A DNA stretch of 32,604 nt from Nanobdellota archaeon (GTDB lineage: Archaea > Nanobdellota > Nanobdellia > SCGC-AAA011-G17 > JACPNG01): NCBI GenBank assembly GCA_038046345.1, contig JBBSWJ010000035.1:1-32604 (forward strand). The letters are read 5' to 3'. Below the pieces are notes generated by a model. It ran no database searches. It was not told the origin of the DNA and saw only the letters and a program-made list of their open reading frames with translations. The translations under genes and the position numbers were made by a program. Below are positions 17,150 through 25,852 of the stretch, in pieces. Each line of letters opens with the position of its first letter. Positions within the stretch are counted from its first letter, which is position 1.

Positions 17150-17559
17150 AGTTATTTAGAGTTTTCTCAACAGCAGTAAGCGTAGTAGTAATTGACCAGA
17201 TAGTTAAGTTTTTAGTAAGATACTACAGGCCGGATTACCCGCTGATAACAATAACCAGCAATACCGGTGCAGCATTCGGTCTTTTTAAGAATAATTCTAA
17301 TTTATTGATGATCATTGGTATTGCAGCGTCAATAGTATTGATTATACTTGCATTTAAACTCCCAAAAAAAGAAAAACTAGCCCATTATAGCTTAGGGCTA
17401 TTTTTAGGCGGTGCAATTGGAAATGTAATTGACAGGCTATTATTTGGCGGGGTATTAGACTTTATTGATCTGCATTTCTGGCCAATATTTAATATAGCTG
17501 ACGCTGCAAATATGATCGGGGCAATAGGTTTGGTATACTATCTTCACAAGAAAAAGTGA
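17146..17559 (+). CDS. lspA: Lipoprotein signal peptidase (signal peptidase II)
   Basis: DQIVK, NTGAAFG, GGAIGNVIDR, VLDFI and FNIADA, including both catalytic Asp; hydrophobic segments. Confidence 0.93.
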   Translation: MKLFRVFSTAVSVVVIDQIVKFLVRYYRPDYPLITITSNTGAAFGLFKNNSNLLMIIGIAASIVLIILAFKLPKKEKLAHYSLGLFLGGAIGNVIDRLLFGGVLDFIDLHFWPIFNIADAANMIGAIGLVYYLHKKK

Positions 17560-17610
17560 TTTAGTTTAACAAACGCATTATTAGGCTTAACCACAATAAA
17601 AAAACAGTGA

Positions 17611-17624
17611 GAAAGTTTTATAAA
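17611..17624 (+). promoter_or_regulatory. BRE/TATA promoter of rpl11 (probably leaderless)
   Basis: GAAAGTTTTATAAA ending 22 nt before ATG 17647. Confidence 0.7.
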
Positions 17625-17646
17625 CAGATTTTAGAAAGTTTAACCC

Positions 17647-18327
17647 ATGCCAAAAGAAAAAATAGAAGTATTAGTAGATGGTGGAAAGGCCTCAGCTGCG
17701 CCCCCGCTTGGAAGTTCGTTAGGCCCAATGGGGGTAAACATCGGGCAGGTAGTCGCAGAGATCAATAAAAAAACTGAGTCTTTCAAAGGTATGAAGGTAC
17801 CTGTAAAAATACTTGTTGATAGAGAAACAAAAGAGTTTACAATAACAATTGGTACACCCCCAGTTTCGCAGTTAATCATGAAGGAGTTAAACCTCCAAAA
17901 AGGAGCAGGGATACCAAATAAAGATAAAATAGCAAACATTGCTGTAGAGCAGATGATAAAAATAGCAAAGATGAAGCAGGGAGCAATGTTTGTAAACAGT
18001 CTAAAATCTGCTGTTAAAAATGTAGCAGGCAGCTGTAATGCAATGGGCGTGCTGATTGAAGGTAAAACCTCCATAGAGATAACACAAGACATAAACAATG
18101 GTATTTATGATGATCTGATAAATAATGAAAAAACAGAGGTATCCCCAGAAAAAATAATAATCTTAAGTGAACAGCTGAACAAAGTTCAACTAGAATTCAA
18201 AAAGGAATTAGAAAGATTAAAATCTGAAAAAGAAGCTGAAAAACCAGCTGAAGAAGTAAAAGAAGCGGAAGTTACCAAGGAAACCACAGTTAAGCCTGAA
18301 CCAAAGAAAGAAGAAAAGAAAAAGTAA
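17647..18327 (+). CDS. rpl11: 50S ribosomal protein L11 with an E/K-rich C-terminal extension
   Basis: GGKASAAPPLGSSLGPMGVN and GTPPVSQL motifs; archaeal-type MGV.IEG. Confidence 0.95.
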   Translation: MPKEKIEVLVDGGKASAAPPLGSSLGPMGVNIGQVVAEINKKTESFKGMKVPVKILVDRETKEFTITIGTPPVSQLIMKELNLQKGAGIPNKDKIANIAVEQMIKIAKMKQGAMFVNSLKSAVKNVAGSCNAMGVLIEGKTSIEITQDINNGIYDDLINNEKTEVSPEKIIILSEQLNKVQLEFKKELERLKSEKEAEKPAEEVKEAEVTKETTVKPEPKKEEKKK

Positions 18328-18329
18328 TA

Positions 18330-18932
18330 TCACTCGGGGGTAAAATCTTCAATGGTTTCTTTCATGTCTTCATCTTTTTTTATTAAACCACGACTTTTCA
18401 TATATTCTTTTGTAAGTATATAAAAAAATAGGGCAAGACTCTTCTTACCTTTATTATTGCCTGGCACAACTAAATCAATATTATTTGCCTCATTGTTAGT
18501 ATCACATAAAGCAATTATTGGTATACCTACTTTGACAGCATCATTGACAGCATTTTTATCAGGCCACGGATCAACAACAAATATTAGTTTAGCTTCAGTA
18601 AAAGTATCAAGCGCAGGATTTGTTAAAGTTCCTGGTGGGTATCTCCCGCTTACGACACGTATTCCTGTCAGCTTAGAAAACAAGTTAACAGATTTATGTC
18701 CATTTTCTCTTCTGCATACAACAATTATATCATTAGGTTCATATCTGGAAATAAACTTTGTAGCAATTTCAAGGCGATCATTAATTTTTTGAACATTTAA
18801 CACAGATAGACCATCTGGGCGGACTTTGTAGATAAAGTCTTTCATATATGCTGTGCGGAACTTTGTGCCTATATGCACTCCGCTCTTCAAATAACTGTCC
18901 AATGGCACTAATAACTTTTCTTCATCACTCAT
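18330..18932 (-). CDS. rps2: 30S ribosomal protein S2
   Basis: GVHIGTK, RYPPGTLTNP, DP..D.NAV.DA and ALCDTNN..NNIDLVVPGNNKG. Confidence 0.97.
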   Translation of the reverse strand: MSDEEKLLVPLDSYLKSGVHIGTKFRTAYMKDFIYKVRPDGLSVLNVQKINDRLEIATKFISRYEPNDIIVVCRRENGHKSVNLFSKLTGIRVVSGRYPPGTLTNPALDTFTEAKLIFVVDPWPDKNAVNDAVKVGIPIIALCDTNNEANNIDLVVPGNNKGKKSLALFFYILTKEYMKSRGLIKKDEDMKETIEDFTPE

Positions 18933-18982
18933 GCTGGAAATCAGGACATGACCTTTATAAATCTTGTGGGTATGTTTAGCTT

Positions 18983-20074
18983 ATGCTTACAGATATAGCA
19001 AAAAAAGAACTTGAAAAACAACAATACAGGATAATTGGAAGTCACAGCGCAGTAAAAACTTGTGGTTGGACAAAGAGTATGATTCGAGGGAACGGTGGAT
19101 GTTATAAATTAAAATTTTACGGGATAATGAGCAATCAGTGTATGCAAATGACTACGAGTATTAGTTGCGCAAATAGATGTACATTCTGTTGGAGGGGATT
19201 CAAAGCTCCAGTATCCAAAGAATGGAAATGGGATATTGACAATCCAAATTTTATATTTGAAAAAAGTTTAGATGCACATCATAAATTATTGGTTGGATTT
19301 AAGGGCGGTAAGCATACAAATCAAGCAGCATATAAAAAATCACAGAACATAAAACATGTGGCTTTATCATTAACCGGTGAACCGATTACTTATCCCAGGA
19401 TAAACGAGTTAATAACTAGATTTAACAAAGAAGGAATATCAACTTTTATGGTTACAAACGCCCAATACCCGGAACAGATTAAAAGTTTACAAATGGTAAC
19501 CCAGCTTTACTTAAGCTTGGATGCTCCAATAAAAAGCTTATTGCAAAAAGTAGACTTACCACTTTTTTCTGATTATTGGAGTAGATTGCTAAAAAGTCTT
19601 GATTATTTAAAAAATAGAAAGGAAAGAACATGTATTAGGCTAACTTTGATAAAAGGATTAAACATGATCGCTCACAAAGAATATGCAGAATTAATAACAC
19701 GTGGATCACCAGATTTTATTGAAGCAAAGGCATACATGCATGTTGGGGAATCAAAAGAACGTTTAATGATTGAGAATATGCCACTCCATCAGGATGTTGT
19801 AGATTTTAGTAAAGAGCTTGTAACATTTCTGCCTAGCTATGAAATTGTGTCAGAGCATATACCATCAAGAGTTGTATTGATTGCTAAAAAAACATTTAAA
19901 AAAAATGGTAAGTGGACTACATGGATTGACTTCAAAAAATATCACGAATTAGTAAACTCAGGAAAAGAATTTAAAGCAGAAGACTACCTTAAAACTACTC
20001 CAAGCACCGGGCTAAGTGGTGAGAACACTATAGTCAATGAAAAAACAGAGGAGTTGGCATTTTATGGAAGTTGA
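18983..20074 (+). CDS. taw1: 4-demethylwyosine synthase (TYW1/Taw1), radical SAM
   Basis: HSAVKTCGWT, GGCYKLKFYGI.S.QC, CANRCTFCWR (CX3CX2C), ALSLTGEP and EAKAY. Confidence 0.93.
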   Translation: MLTDIAKKELEKQQYRIIGSHSAVKTCGWTKSMIRGNGGCYKLKFYGIMSNQCMQMTTSISCANRCTFCWRGFKAPVSKEWKWDIDNPNFIFEKSLDAHHKLLVGFKGGKHTNQAAYKKSQNIKHVALSLTGEPITYPRINELITRFNKEGISTFMVTNAQYPEQIKSLQMVTQLYLSLDAPIKSLLQKVDLPLFSDYWSRLLKSLDYLKNRKERTCIRLTLIKGLNMIAHKEYAELITRGSPDFIEAKAYMHVGESKERLMIENMPLHQDVVDFSKELVTFLPSYEIVSEHIPSRVVLIAKKTFKKNGKWTTWIDFKKYHELVNSGKEFKAEDYLKTTPSTGLSGENTIVNEKTEELAFYGS

Positions 20075-20291
20075 AGATTTAAAGAAAAAAATAGAAAAAG
20101 CAATACCCGGAGCAAGAGTTGAAATAAAAGACCCAAGACATGATGGGGTTCATTTGAAAGCAATTGTAATCTCTGAAAGATTTAAAGGAAAAACGCTTCT
20201 TGAACAACATAGAATGGTATTAAACGCACTGAAAGGAGACTTCAAAACTGATATTTTACATGCTCTTGGACTTGAAACAAAAACTGAATGA
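20064..20291 (+). CDS. BolA/IbaG family protein
   Basis: DGVHLKAIVISERFKGK..LEQHRMV..AL......LHAL; start reassigned to ATG 20064. Confidence 0.92.
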   Translation: MEVEDLKKKIEKAIPGARVEIKDPRHDGVHLKAIVISERFKGKTLLEQHRMVLNALKGDFKTDILHALGLETKTE

Positions 20292-20439
20292 AACATCTTA
20301 TCAATTATGGAGGCAAGATGAATGCGGAAACAGGTTTTTAATAGAATCAGGGTTAGAAGAAAGTGATGCAGAGATGCTTCAAAATTATTATCGATCAATA
20401 TTGCATGACCAATACTATTGGATTAAATGTGAAGGTTAA
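20260..20439 (+). CDS. Small hypothetical protein (59 aa) missed by the ORF track
   Basis: My translation is MLLDLKQKLNETSYQLWRQDECGNRFLIESGLEESDAEMLQNYYRSILHDQYYWIKCEG*; it fills the bolA-grx gap. Confidence 0.6.
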   Translation: MLLDLKQKLNETSYQLWRQDECGNRFLIESGLEESDAEMLQNYYRSILHDQYYWIKCEG

Positions 20440-20469
20440 ACTTAAAAATGGATATAATCAGTGGGTTTT

Positions 20470-20778
20470 ATGGAGAACTCAATTAAACAAAAAATAGAGA
20501 AATTAATACACTCAAAGAAAGTATTTTTATTTATGAAGGGGACGCCTGATTACCCAGAGTGTGGATTCTCAGCAAAAACAGTTGAAACATTAAGAGATTT
20601 AGGGATAAACTTTGGATTCTTCAACGTATTTGATGATGAAGCAGTAAGGCAGGGAATAAAAGAATTTACAAACTGGCCTACAATACCTCAATTATACATT
20701 GGCGGGCAATTCATCGGTGGTTGTGATATTGTTGTGCAAATGGCTGAATCTGGAGAATTACAGAAGATAACAACATGA
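20470..20778 (+). CDS. grxD: Monothiol glutaredoxin (Grx4/GrxD, CGFS type)
   Basis: FMKGTPDYPECGFS and WPTIPQLYI.GQFIGGCDI; alternative GTG start at 20461. Confidence 0.95.
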   Translation: MENSIKQKIEKLIHSKKVFLFMKGTPDYPECGFSAKTVETLRDLGINFGFFNVFDDEAVRQGIKEFTNWPTIPQLYIGGQFIGGCDIVVQMAESGELQKITT

Positions 20779-21077
20779 AAGAAGTTGGTTATAGACCAGA
20801 GATCCATATATTTGTTTGCACTAATGATAGGGCTAATGATCCTGAATTAAAAAATAGCTGCGGCCCTGAGATTACACATGATACAGTAAAACGGGTTAAA
20901 AAATGGATTTTGGATTCTGGGTTTAAAGGAAGAGTGCAGTGCACAAGAACTGGCTGTTTAGGTATGTGCCCTGAAGATGGAGGTACTGCAATGATCTATC
21001 CTTCAAATAAAACTTTTATTGGGGTGCATGGAGCAGAAGATATTATAGATTTATTAAAAACAGAGTTAAAAAAATGA
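20775..21077 (+). CDS. Thioredoxin-like [2Fe-2S] ferredoxin
   Basis: HIFVCTN.R...SCG...TGCLGMC..G Cys pattern; ATGA overlap with grxD. Confidence 0.88.
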   Translation: MKEVGYRPEIHIFVCTNDRANDPELKNSCGPEITHDTVKRVKKWILDSGFKGRVQCTRTGCLGMCPEDGGTAMIYPSNKTFIGVHGAEDIIDLLKTELKK

Positions 21078-21817
21078 AGTTATTGTCTTGGAACATAAAT
21101 GGATTGAGAGCGGCATTGAAGAAGGGATTTCTTGAGTTTATTGATAATGAAAACCCGGACATAATATGTTTGCAAGAAACAAAAGCTCAGCAGGTTGATA
21201 TGCATCTAGCCGGATACAATTATTACTGGAACTCAGCAGAAAAGAAAGGTTATTCTGGTACTGCAATATTTACTAAAATAAAACCATTATCAGTAAAAAA
21301 AGGAATAAATCAAGAAAAGCATGACAAAGAAGGACGGGTGATAACCTTAGAATTTGACAAGTTCTTCTTAGTAAATGTGTACACTCCAAACTCTCAGCGA
21401 GGGTTAGCAAGGCTGGATTACAGGATGCAATGGGATAAAGACTTTCACACATTTTTAAAAATTTTAGACGAGAAAAAACCGGTAATATTTTGCGGAGACT
21501 TAAATGTAGCTCACAAAGAAATAGACATAGCAAGGCCTAAAGACAATAGAAAAAACGCAGGTTTCACAGATGAAGAAAGAAATAATTTTAGTATAATAAT
21601 AGATTCAGGGTTTATAGATACTTTTAGACATTTTAACTCTAAAGGAGAAAACTACACATGGTGGAGTTATATGTTTAATTCTCGTGCTAAAAATATTGGT
21701 TGGAGGATAGATTATTTCTGTGTGTCTGAAAAATTAAAAAAATCATTAAAAGATGCGTTCATACTAAAAGATATTACTGGATCAGATCATTGTCCTGTTG
21801 GGATTATTATTGAATAA
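21074..21817 (+). CDS. xth: Exodeoxyribonuclease III / AP endonuclease (ExoA/Xth family)
   Basis: [41 protein letters not shown] and GSDHCP. Confidence 0.96.
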   Translation: MKLLSWNINGLRAALKKGFLEFIDNENPDIICLQETKAQQVDMHLAGYNYYWNSAEKKGYSGTAIFTKIKPLSVKKGINQEKHDKEGRVITLEFDKFFLVNVYTPNSQRGLARLDYRMQWDKDFHTFLKILDEKKPVIFCGDLNVAHKEIDIARPKDNRKNAGFTDEERNNFSIIIDSGFIDTFRHFNSKGENYTWWSYMFNSRAKNIGWRIDYFCVSEKLKKSLKDAFILKDITGSDHCPVGIIIE

Positions 21818-22394
21818 GCTCTTTTAGTTTTAAAAAATCATTCTCTAAATCTGTATACAACTGTCTTCTGTAAATAACTGCAGCTGGATGGTACATTGGA
21901 AAAACTTTAAATTCCATGCCTTCGATGTTCTTGCTAATTGGCACGCCATGTAGTTGGGTGATTCCGGATACTTTTTTCATATCATCTACTTTAAAATTAG
22001 CAATAATAAATTTAGTGGAGAAATTGCCAAGAGTAACGACTATTTTAGGTTTAATTATTTTAATTTGGTCAATTAGGTATGGTGTATGAGTTTTTATTTC
22101 TTCTATGGATGGATTGCGATTATCAGGCGGCCTGTACTTTAGTATATTGGCAATGTAAACATCATCAATTGTTAAACCGATGGTTCTAAGCAATTTGTCT
22201 AATTCTTTACCAGCTGCACCAACAAAGGGTATGCCTTGAAGGTCTTCATTGGCACCACTTGCTTCACCTATTAACATAATTTTTGCATCTGGATTACCCT
22301 TGCCAAATACTAAATTTTTTGCAGATTCTTTAAGAGGTAAGTCTGCGTTACGGGTTTTTTCTTCTAATATCTTTAATTTATCCGTATTACTCAT
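21807..22394 (-). CDS. udg: Uracil-DNA glycosylase family 4, lacking Fe-S cysteines
   Basis: VFGKGN...[28 protein letters not shown] and YHPAA; alternative start at 22403. Confidence 0.92.
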   Translation of the reverse strand: MSNTDKLKILEEKTRNADLPLKESAKNLVFGKGNPDAKIMLIGEASGANEDLQGIPFVGAAGKELDKLLRTIGLTIDDVYIANILKYRPPDNRNPSIEEIKTHTPYLIDQIKIIKPKIVVTLGNFSTKFIIANFKVDDMKKVSGITQLHGVPISKNIEGMEFKVFPMYHPAAVIYRRQLYTDLENDFLKLKELIQ

Positions 22395-22418
22395 ATACTT
22401 CATTTTATTGTAGGATAT

Positions 22419-23335
22419 TTATGTTTTTCTGTGTTCTATTTTTCTGATTCCAGTTTTGTCTAAAAATGTATAGATTCTTGAAAGACTAACTTTAAGCTCT
22501 TTAGCAATCTGAGGAGGACTTAAATTTTTTTGTTTGTACAACATATGAAGGATTTCTATAAGAAGTTTATTATATCGTTTTTCTAAATTTAGCCATATAG
22601 TTCCTTTCTGTTTTCTTTCCTCAAATTCTTTGTAAAACTCTCTAGCTTTGAGTTGATTTTTATACTTCCTTAGTAAATATAGATCTTTATTACTTAAGCC
22701 ATCATAAAGAACCTAATAACCTGGAAAGCGTTCTCAGAATAGTATTCTACTTGATAACAATAAGAATAAACACCTTGTTTAGATAATTTTTCTCTCTTCC
22801 TAAGATTTGAATTCTTTATATTAGCATATTTCTCAAGGAGATATACTAAAAAATCCATAAAACGTTTGCTACCGTTAGAAAATCCTACTACAATCTCTTT
22901 TTTTGGTTCAAGAAACCTATTCATTTTGTTTTTTTTAATTATCGGGCATATCCACCCATCACCATCTAAGAATCCTCTAATAAAATGCTTAATTAACTCT
23001 TCTGGCATGTTAGGAAAATTTAATATATATTTTTTATTGGGTACAATACCCAAAGCAACGACATCTTTAGTAATAATAGGATTTGATATACTTAGAGAAT
23101 AAGAACTAGATCTTGATATTTTTATTGGGTATGTAGCTCTCATCGCTGTTTTGAAATCTTTAAGTAGCTTGAAATTAGAAGGATCTTTTTTTAGGTCCCA
23201 TTTTAGAGTTGTTTTGTAGACATTTCCATCGGCGCATGTAAACCCAAGAATGTAAGCCATTTGGGGTGTCCATTTTTTAAAGAATTCTATATTTATGTCG
23301 TAGTAATACCTGTTCCAATTAATCTCTTCTTCCAT
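22419..23335 (-). pseudogene. LAGLIDADG endonuclease with C-terminal HTH, split by a single-base frameshift (~22710)
   Basis: Two motifs, YILGFTCADG and FIRGFLDGDG; the -1 frame continues LYDGLSNKDLYLLRKY...LSPPQIAKELKVSLSRIYTFLDK to a stop at 22419-22421. Confidence 0.8.
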
Positions 23336-23472
23336 GACTCTAAGTTGTTTTTATAGTTAATATCTACTACATGTATAATCTTGGAAACCTTTTAAGAATC
23401 TTATAACAAATCTAAAAATTATTCAGAAAATACCTAAATATTTAAAAAAATCAACAAGTTACTAATTACTAT

Positions 23473-23712
23473 ATGCCAGAGCCAATACTTTATCAATATG
23501 AGTTTTGCCCATACTGTATGAGGGTGCGTGATAGACTTGCAGAAAAAAAAATATCTTATAAAAAAGTAAATGTTTCAACAGACTTAAATGATCCAATAAG
23601 AAAAAAACTGCTAAAAGAAAGTGGGGTGAACACAGTTCCAGTATTGCAGATTGGAGACAAATACATTGGTGGATCACAGAAGATTATTGATTACCTGGAA
23701 GAAAGTTATTGA
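23473..23712 (+). CDS. Dithiol glutaredoxin
   Basis: CPYC active site; TVPVL and IGGS motifs; 79 aa. Confidence 0.92.
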   Translation: MPEPILYQYEFCPYCMRVRDRLAEKKISYKKVNVSTDLNDPIRKKLLKESGVNTVPVLQIGDKYIGGSQKIIDYLEESY

Positions 23713-24580
23713 GTTCTGTTTGATCAAAGCAGTATAGTAAATCTGATGGCAGTTTAAATTCAGCGTCTAACTCCTTTAATTTATTAATCATAGAATCAAA
23801 ACTCTTGTATTTTGTAGGATCTATATTGCCTTCTCCATCTAAATAATCTTGTGGGTGTACTGTTATAACACAAATATTTCTAAGTTCTAAACTTTGCTTA
23901 CATCTGTTTATTATAGTATTTACTGAAACTAATACTTGTTCATCTGAGCTAAATGTTTCTGCATTTTCACCTAGATAGAATAATCCACCATCAAACTTAA
24001 GCTCATCTTTTGCTGCTGAGATTACTTTGAATCCTAATCTTCTTAATGCAAAAGTAGTTCCTTTTGAATAAACATTATAAGGGGGGACAAAGGTAACTGG
24101 ATAAATCCCAAGTTCAGAAAATATAATACTCTGTCCTTCCTTTAAGCGATTATACGCATCATTCTCACTTAAATCTTTAAATTCTTCCACTAAGTGTAAT
24201 ACTCCATGTTGAGCAACCTCGAATCGAGGGTTATCTATATTATTTTTAACAAATTCTTTAAGTTCATCATCATTCTCTATCCCTTCAGGTATAACCCCTA
24301 TAAAGATTGCTAAGCCATTATTCAAAACTTTATTGATTAAATCAAATCTTATCTTTCTATAAATATTAGCTCCTATATCATCTAGCCGAATTAATATGGT
24401 AGGATCATCAGGTAATAATGGGATGCAACTAAACTTTTCATGAATGTTATCTTTTGGTGATATTATCACTATGTCTTTTTTTGGTAGGTCTATTACGAAA
24501 TTGAAAGCTAAAGTAAAAAACACTAAAGCAAACAAGAAGAACATTATTAGCATACTAAACAAAATCTTTTTTTTAATCAT
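23684..24580 (-). CDS. Membrane-anchored polysaccharide deacetylase (CE4/NodB-like, DUF2334-like)
   Basis: N-terminal TM helix; IRLDD, QHG..H, FVPPYN and VHPQD motifs; ATGA overlap with the GT2 gene. Confidence 0.85.
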   Translation of the reverse strand: MIKKKILFSMLIMFFLFALVFFTLAFNFVIDLPKKDIVIISPKDNIHEKFSCIPLLPDDPTILIRLDDIGANIYRKIRFDLINKVLNNGLAIFIGVIPEGIENDDELKEFVKNNIDNPRFEVAQHGVLHLVEEFKDLSENDAYNRLKEGQSIIFSELGIYPVTFVPPYNVYSKGTTFALRRLGFKVISAAKDELKFDGGLFYLGENAETFSSDEQVLVSVNTIINRCKQSLELRNICVITVHPQDYLDGEGNIDPTKYKSFDSMINKLKELDAEFKLPSDLLYCFDQTELNNFLPGNQ

Positions 24581-25851
24581 CTTGTACCCCACGCCATATT
24601 TTTTAGGTCATAAAGTGCATAAATTAAGATATAGGAGAATATTGTCATATTAAGTACAGACCACAAAAACATGTACTTACCATACTTGCGGTCTTCTTCT
24701 TTTACATATATGTTAAAATGAATGAATAATAATAATGATACTAACATAATCCCCCCCACATAAGCAATTGGCATTATCCCTAATATCAGCGGGGATATTA
24801 TCAGTGCTTTAAACGCAATAAACGGGGTTAATAATGTAAGTACAATCAATGGTACAAAATAAGTAATTGCAACAAATGGTTCTTTCATAACAATAAATTT
24901 TAGTATGCCCATGGAATTTAGGAACCAACCTTTCTTCCAACGTATTTGTTGTTTAACAAAAGTTTTAATATCATCAGGAACAACAGTATAAGCTTCTGCA
25001 TCATCAACATAAATAGTCTTAAATCTTTGTCTTAACATATGATTAGTTAAACCACGGTCATCCCCGAAGGTAATATGTTTTCCCATAAACTTTTCATCTA
25101 ACCAGTCATCTAAGATTGGCAACACATAAGATTTTCTATAAGCAGAAAAACATCCAGAACAACAAAATACCATATCAAATATACTTTCTGTAGCTTTTAA
25201 TGCTCTAAACGACATAAAGTAATAAGCTGTTTGCATCTTTGTCAGAATATTCTTATCCTTATTAGCCGGTAAAGTATGCCCCACACTTGCCCCCACACTT
25301 TTATCTTTTAACGGGCTAATTATTTTTTTAAGAGCACTACGTTCTAAATAGCTGTCACTATCTAACTGTATGATAATTTCTCCTTTTGCTTTCCTAAACC
25401 CCTCAGCCATACCATGACGCTTGCCTCTATTTTTTTCCCAATTAACTATCGTAACATCATGACCTTTTAATGCAGACTTAGCCCTCAACATTTCTTTTAA
25501 AGTATTATCTGTTGATCCATCATTAATTGCTATTACTTCAATCTTATTCTTATCATAATCAACATCAAAACAAGTAGTTATTGTTTTGTATATAACTGCT
25601 TCTTCATTCTTGCATGGAATCACAAACGTAACTGCTGGAGCGTAAGAATTTGTTTTTTGATGATCAGGTAATGAATAAAAAAATGAACCTATAACCCTGC
25701 TAAACATAAATGTAGTGATTACAATTGTGTAAATAAATAATACACTCTTATAACTTGAGAATGAAACAGCCTTAAGCAAAATTATACCAAAAATAACAGC
25801 AGCTACTAAAACAGAATAAATTATTATTTTTATGGAGTTATGATTTTCCAT
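24577..25851 (-). CDS. Processive GT2 polysaccharide synthase (hyaluronan synthase/NodC-like)
   Basis: INDGSTD, GKRHG, DSD, CCSGCFSAYR, GDDRGLTN and QQIRW motifs; N- and C-terminal TM helices. Confidence 0.9.
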   Translation of the reverse strand: MENHNSIKIIIYSVLVAAVIFGIILLKAVSFSSYKSVLFIYTIVITTFMFSRVIGSFFYSLPDHQKTNSYAPAVTFVIPCKNEEAVIYKTITTCFDVDYDKNKIEVIAINDGSTDNTLKEMLRAKSALKGHDVTIVNWEKNRGKRHGMAEGFRKAKGEIIIQLDSDSYLERSALKKIISPLKDKSVGASVGHTLPANKDKNILTKMQTAYYFMSFRALKATESIFDMVFCCSGCFSAYRKSYVLPILDDWLDEKFMGKHITFGDDRGLTNHMLRQRFKTIYVDDAEAYTVVPDDIKTFVKQQIRWKKGWFLNSMGILKFIVMKEPFVAITYFVPLIVLTLLTPFIAFKALIISPLILGIMPIAYVGGIMLVSLLLFIHFNIYVKEEDRKYGKYMFLWSVLNMTIFSYILIYALYDLKNMAWGTR

Positions 25852-25852
25852 T

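Noticed and set aside
18983-20074. Taw1 as a novelty
   Set aside because: It is a standard archaeal wyosine pathway enzyme with canonical motifs; it is only of interest as a client of the adjacent Fe-S cassette.
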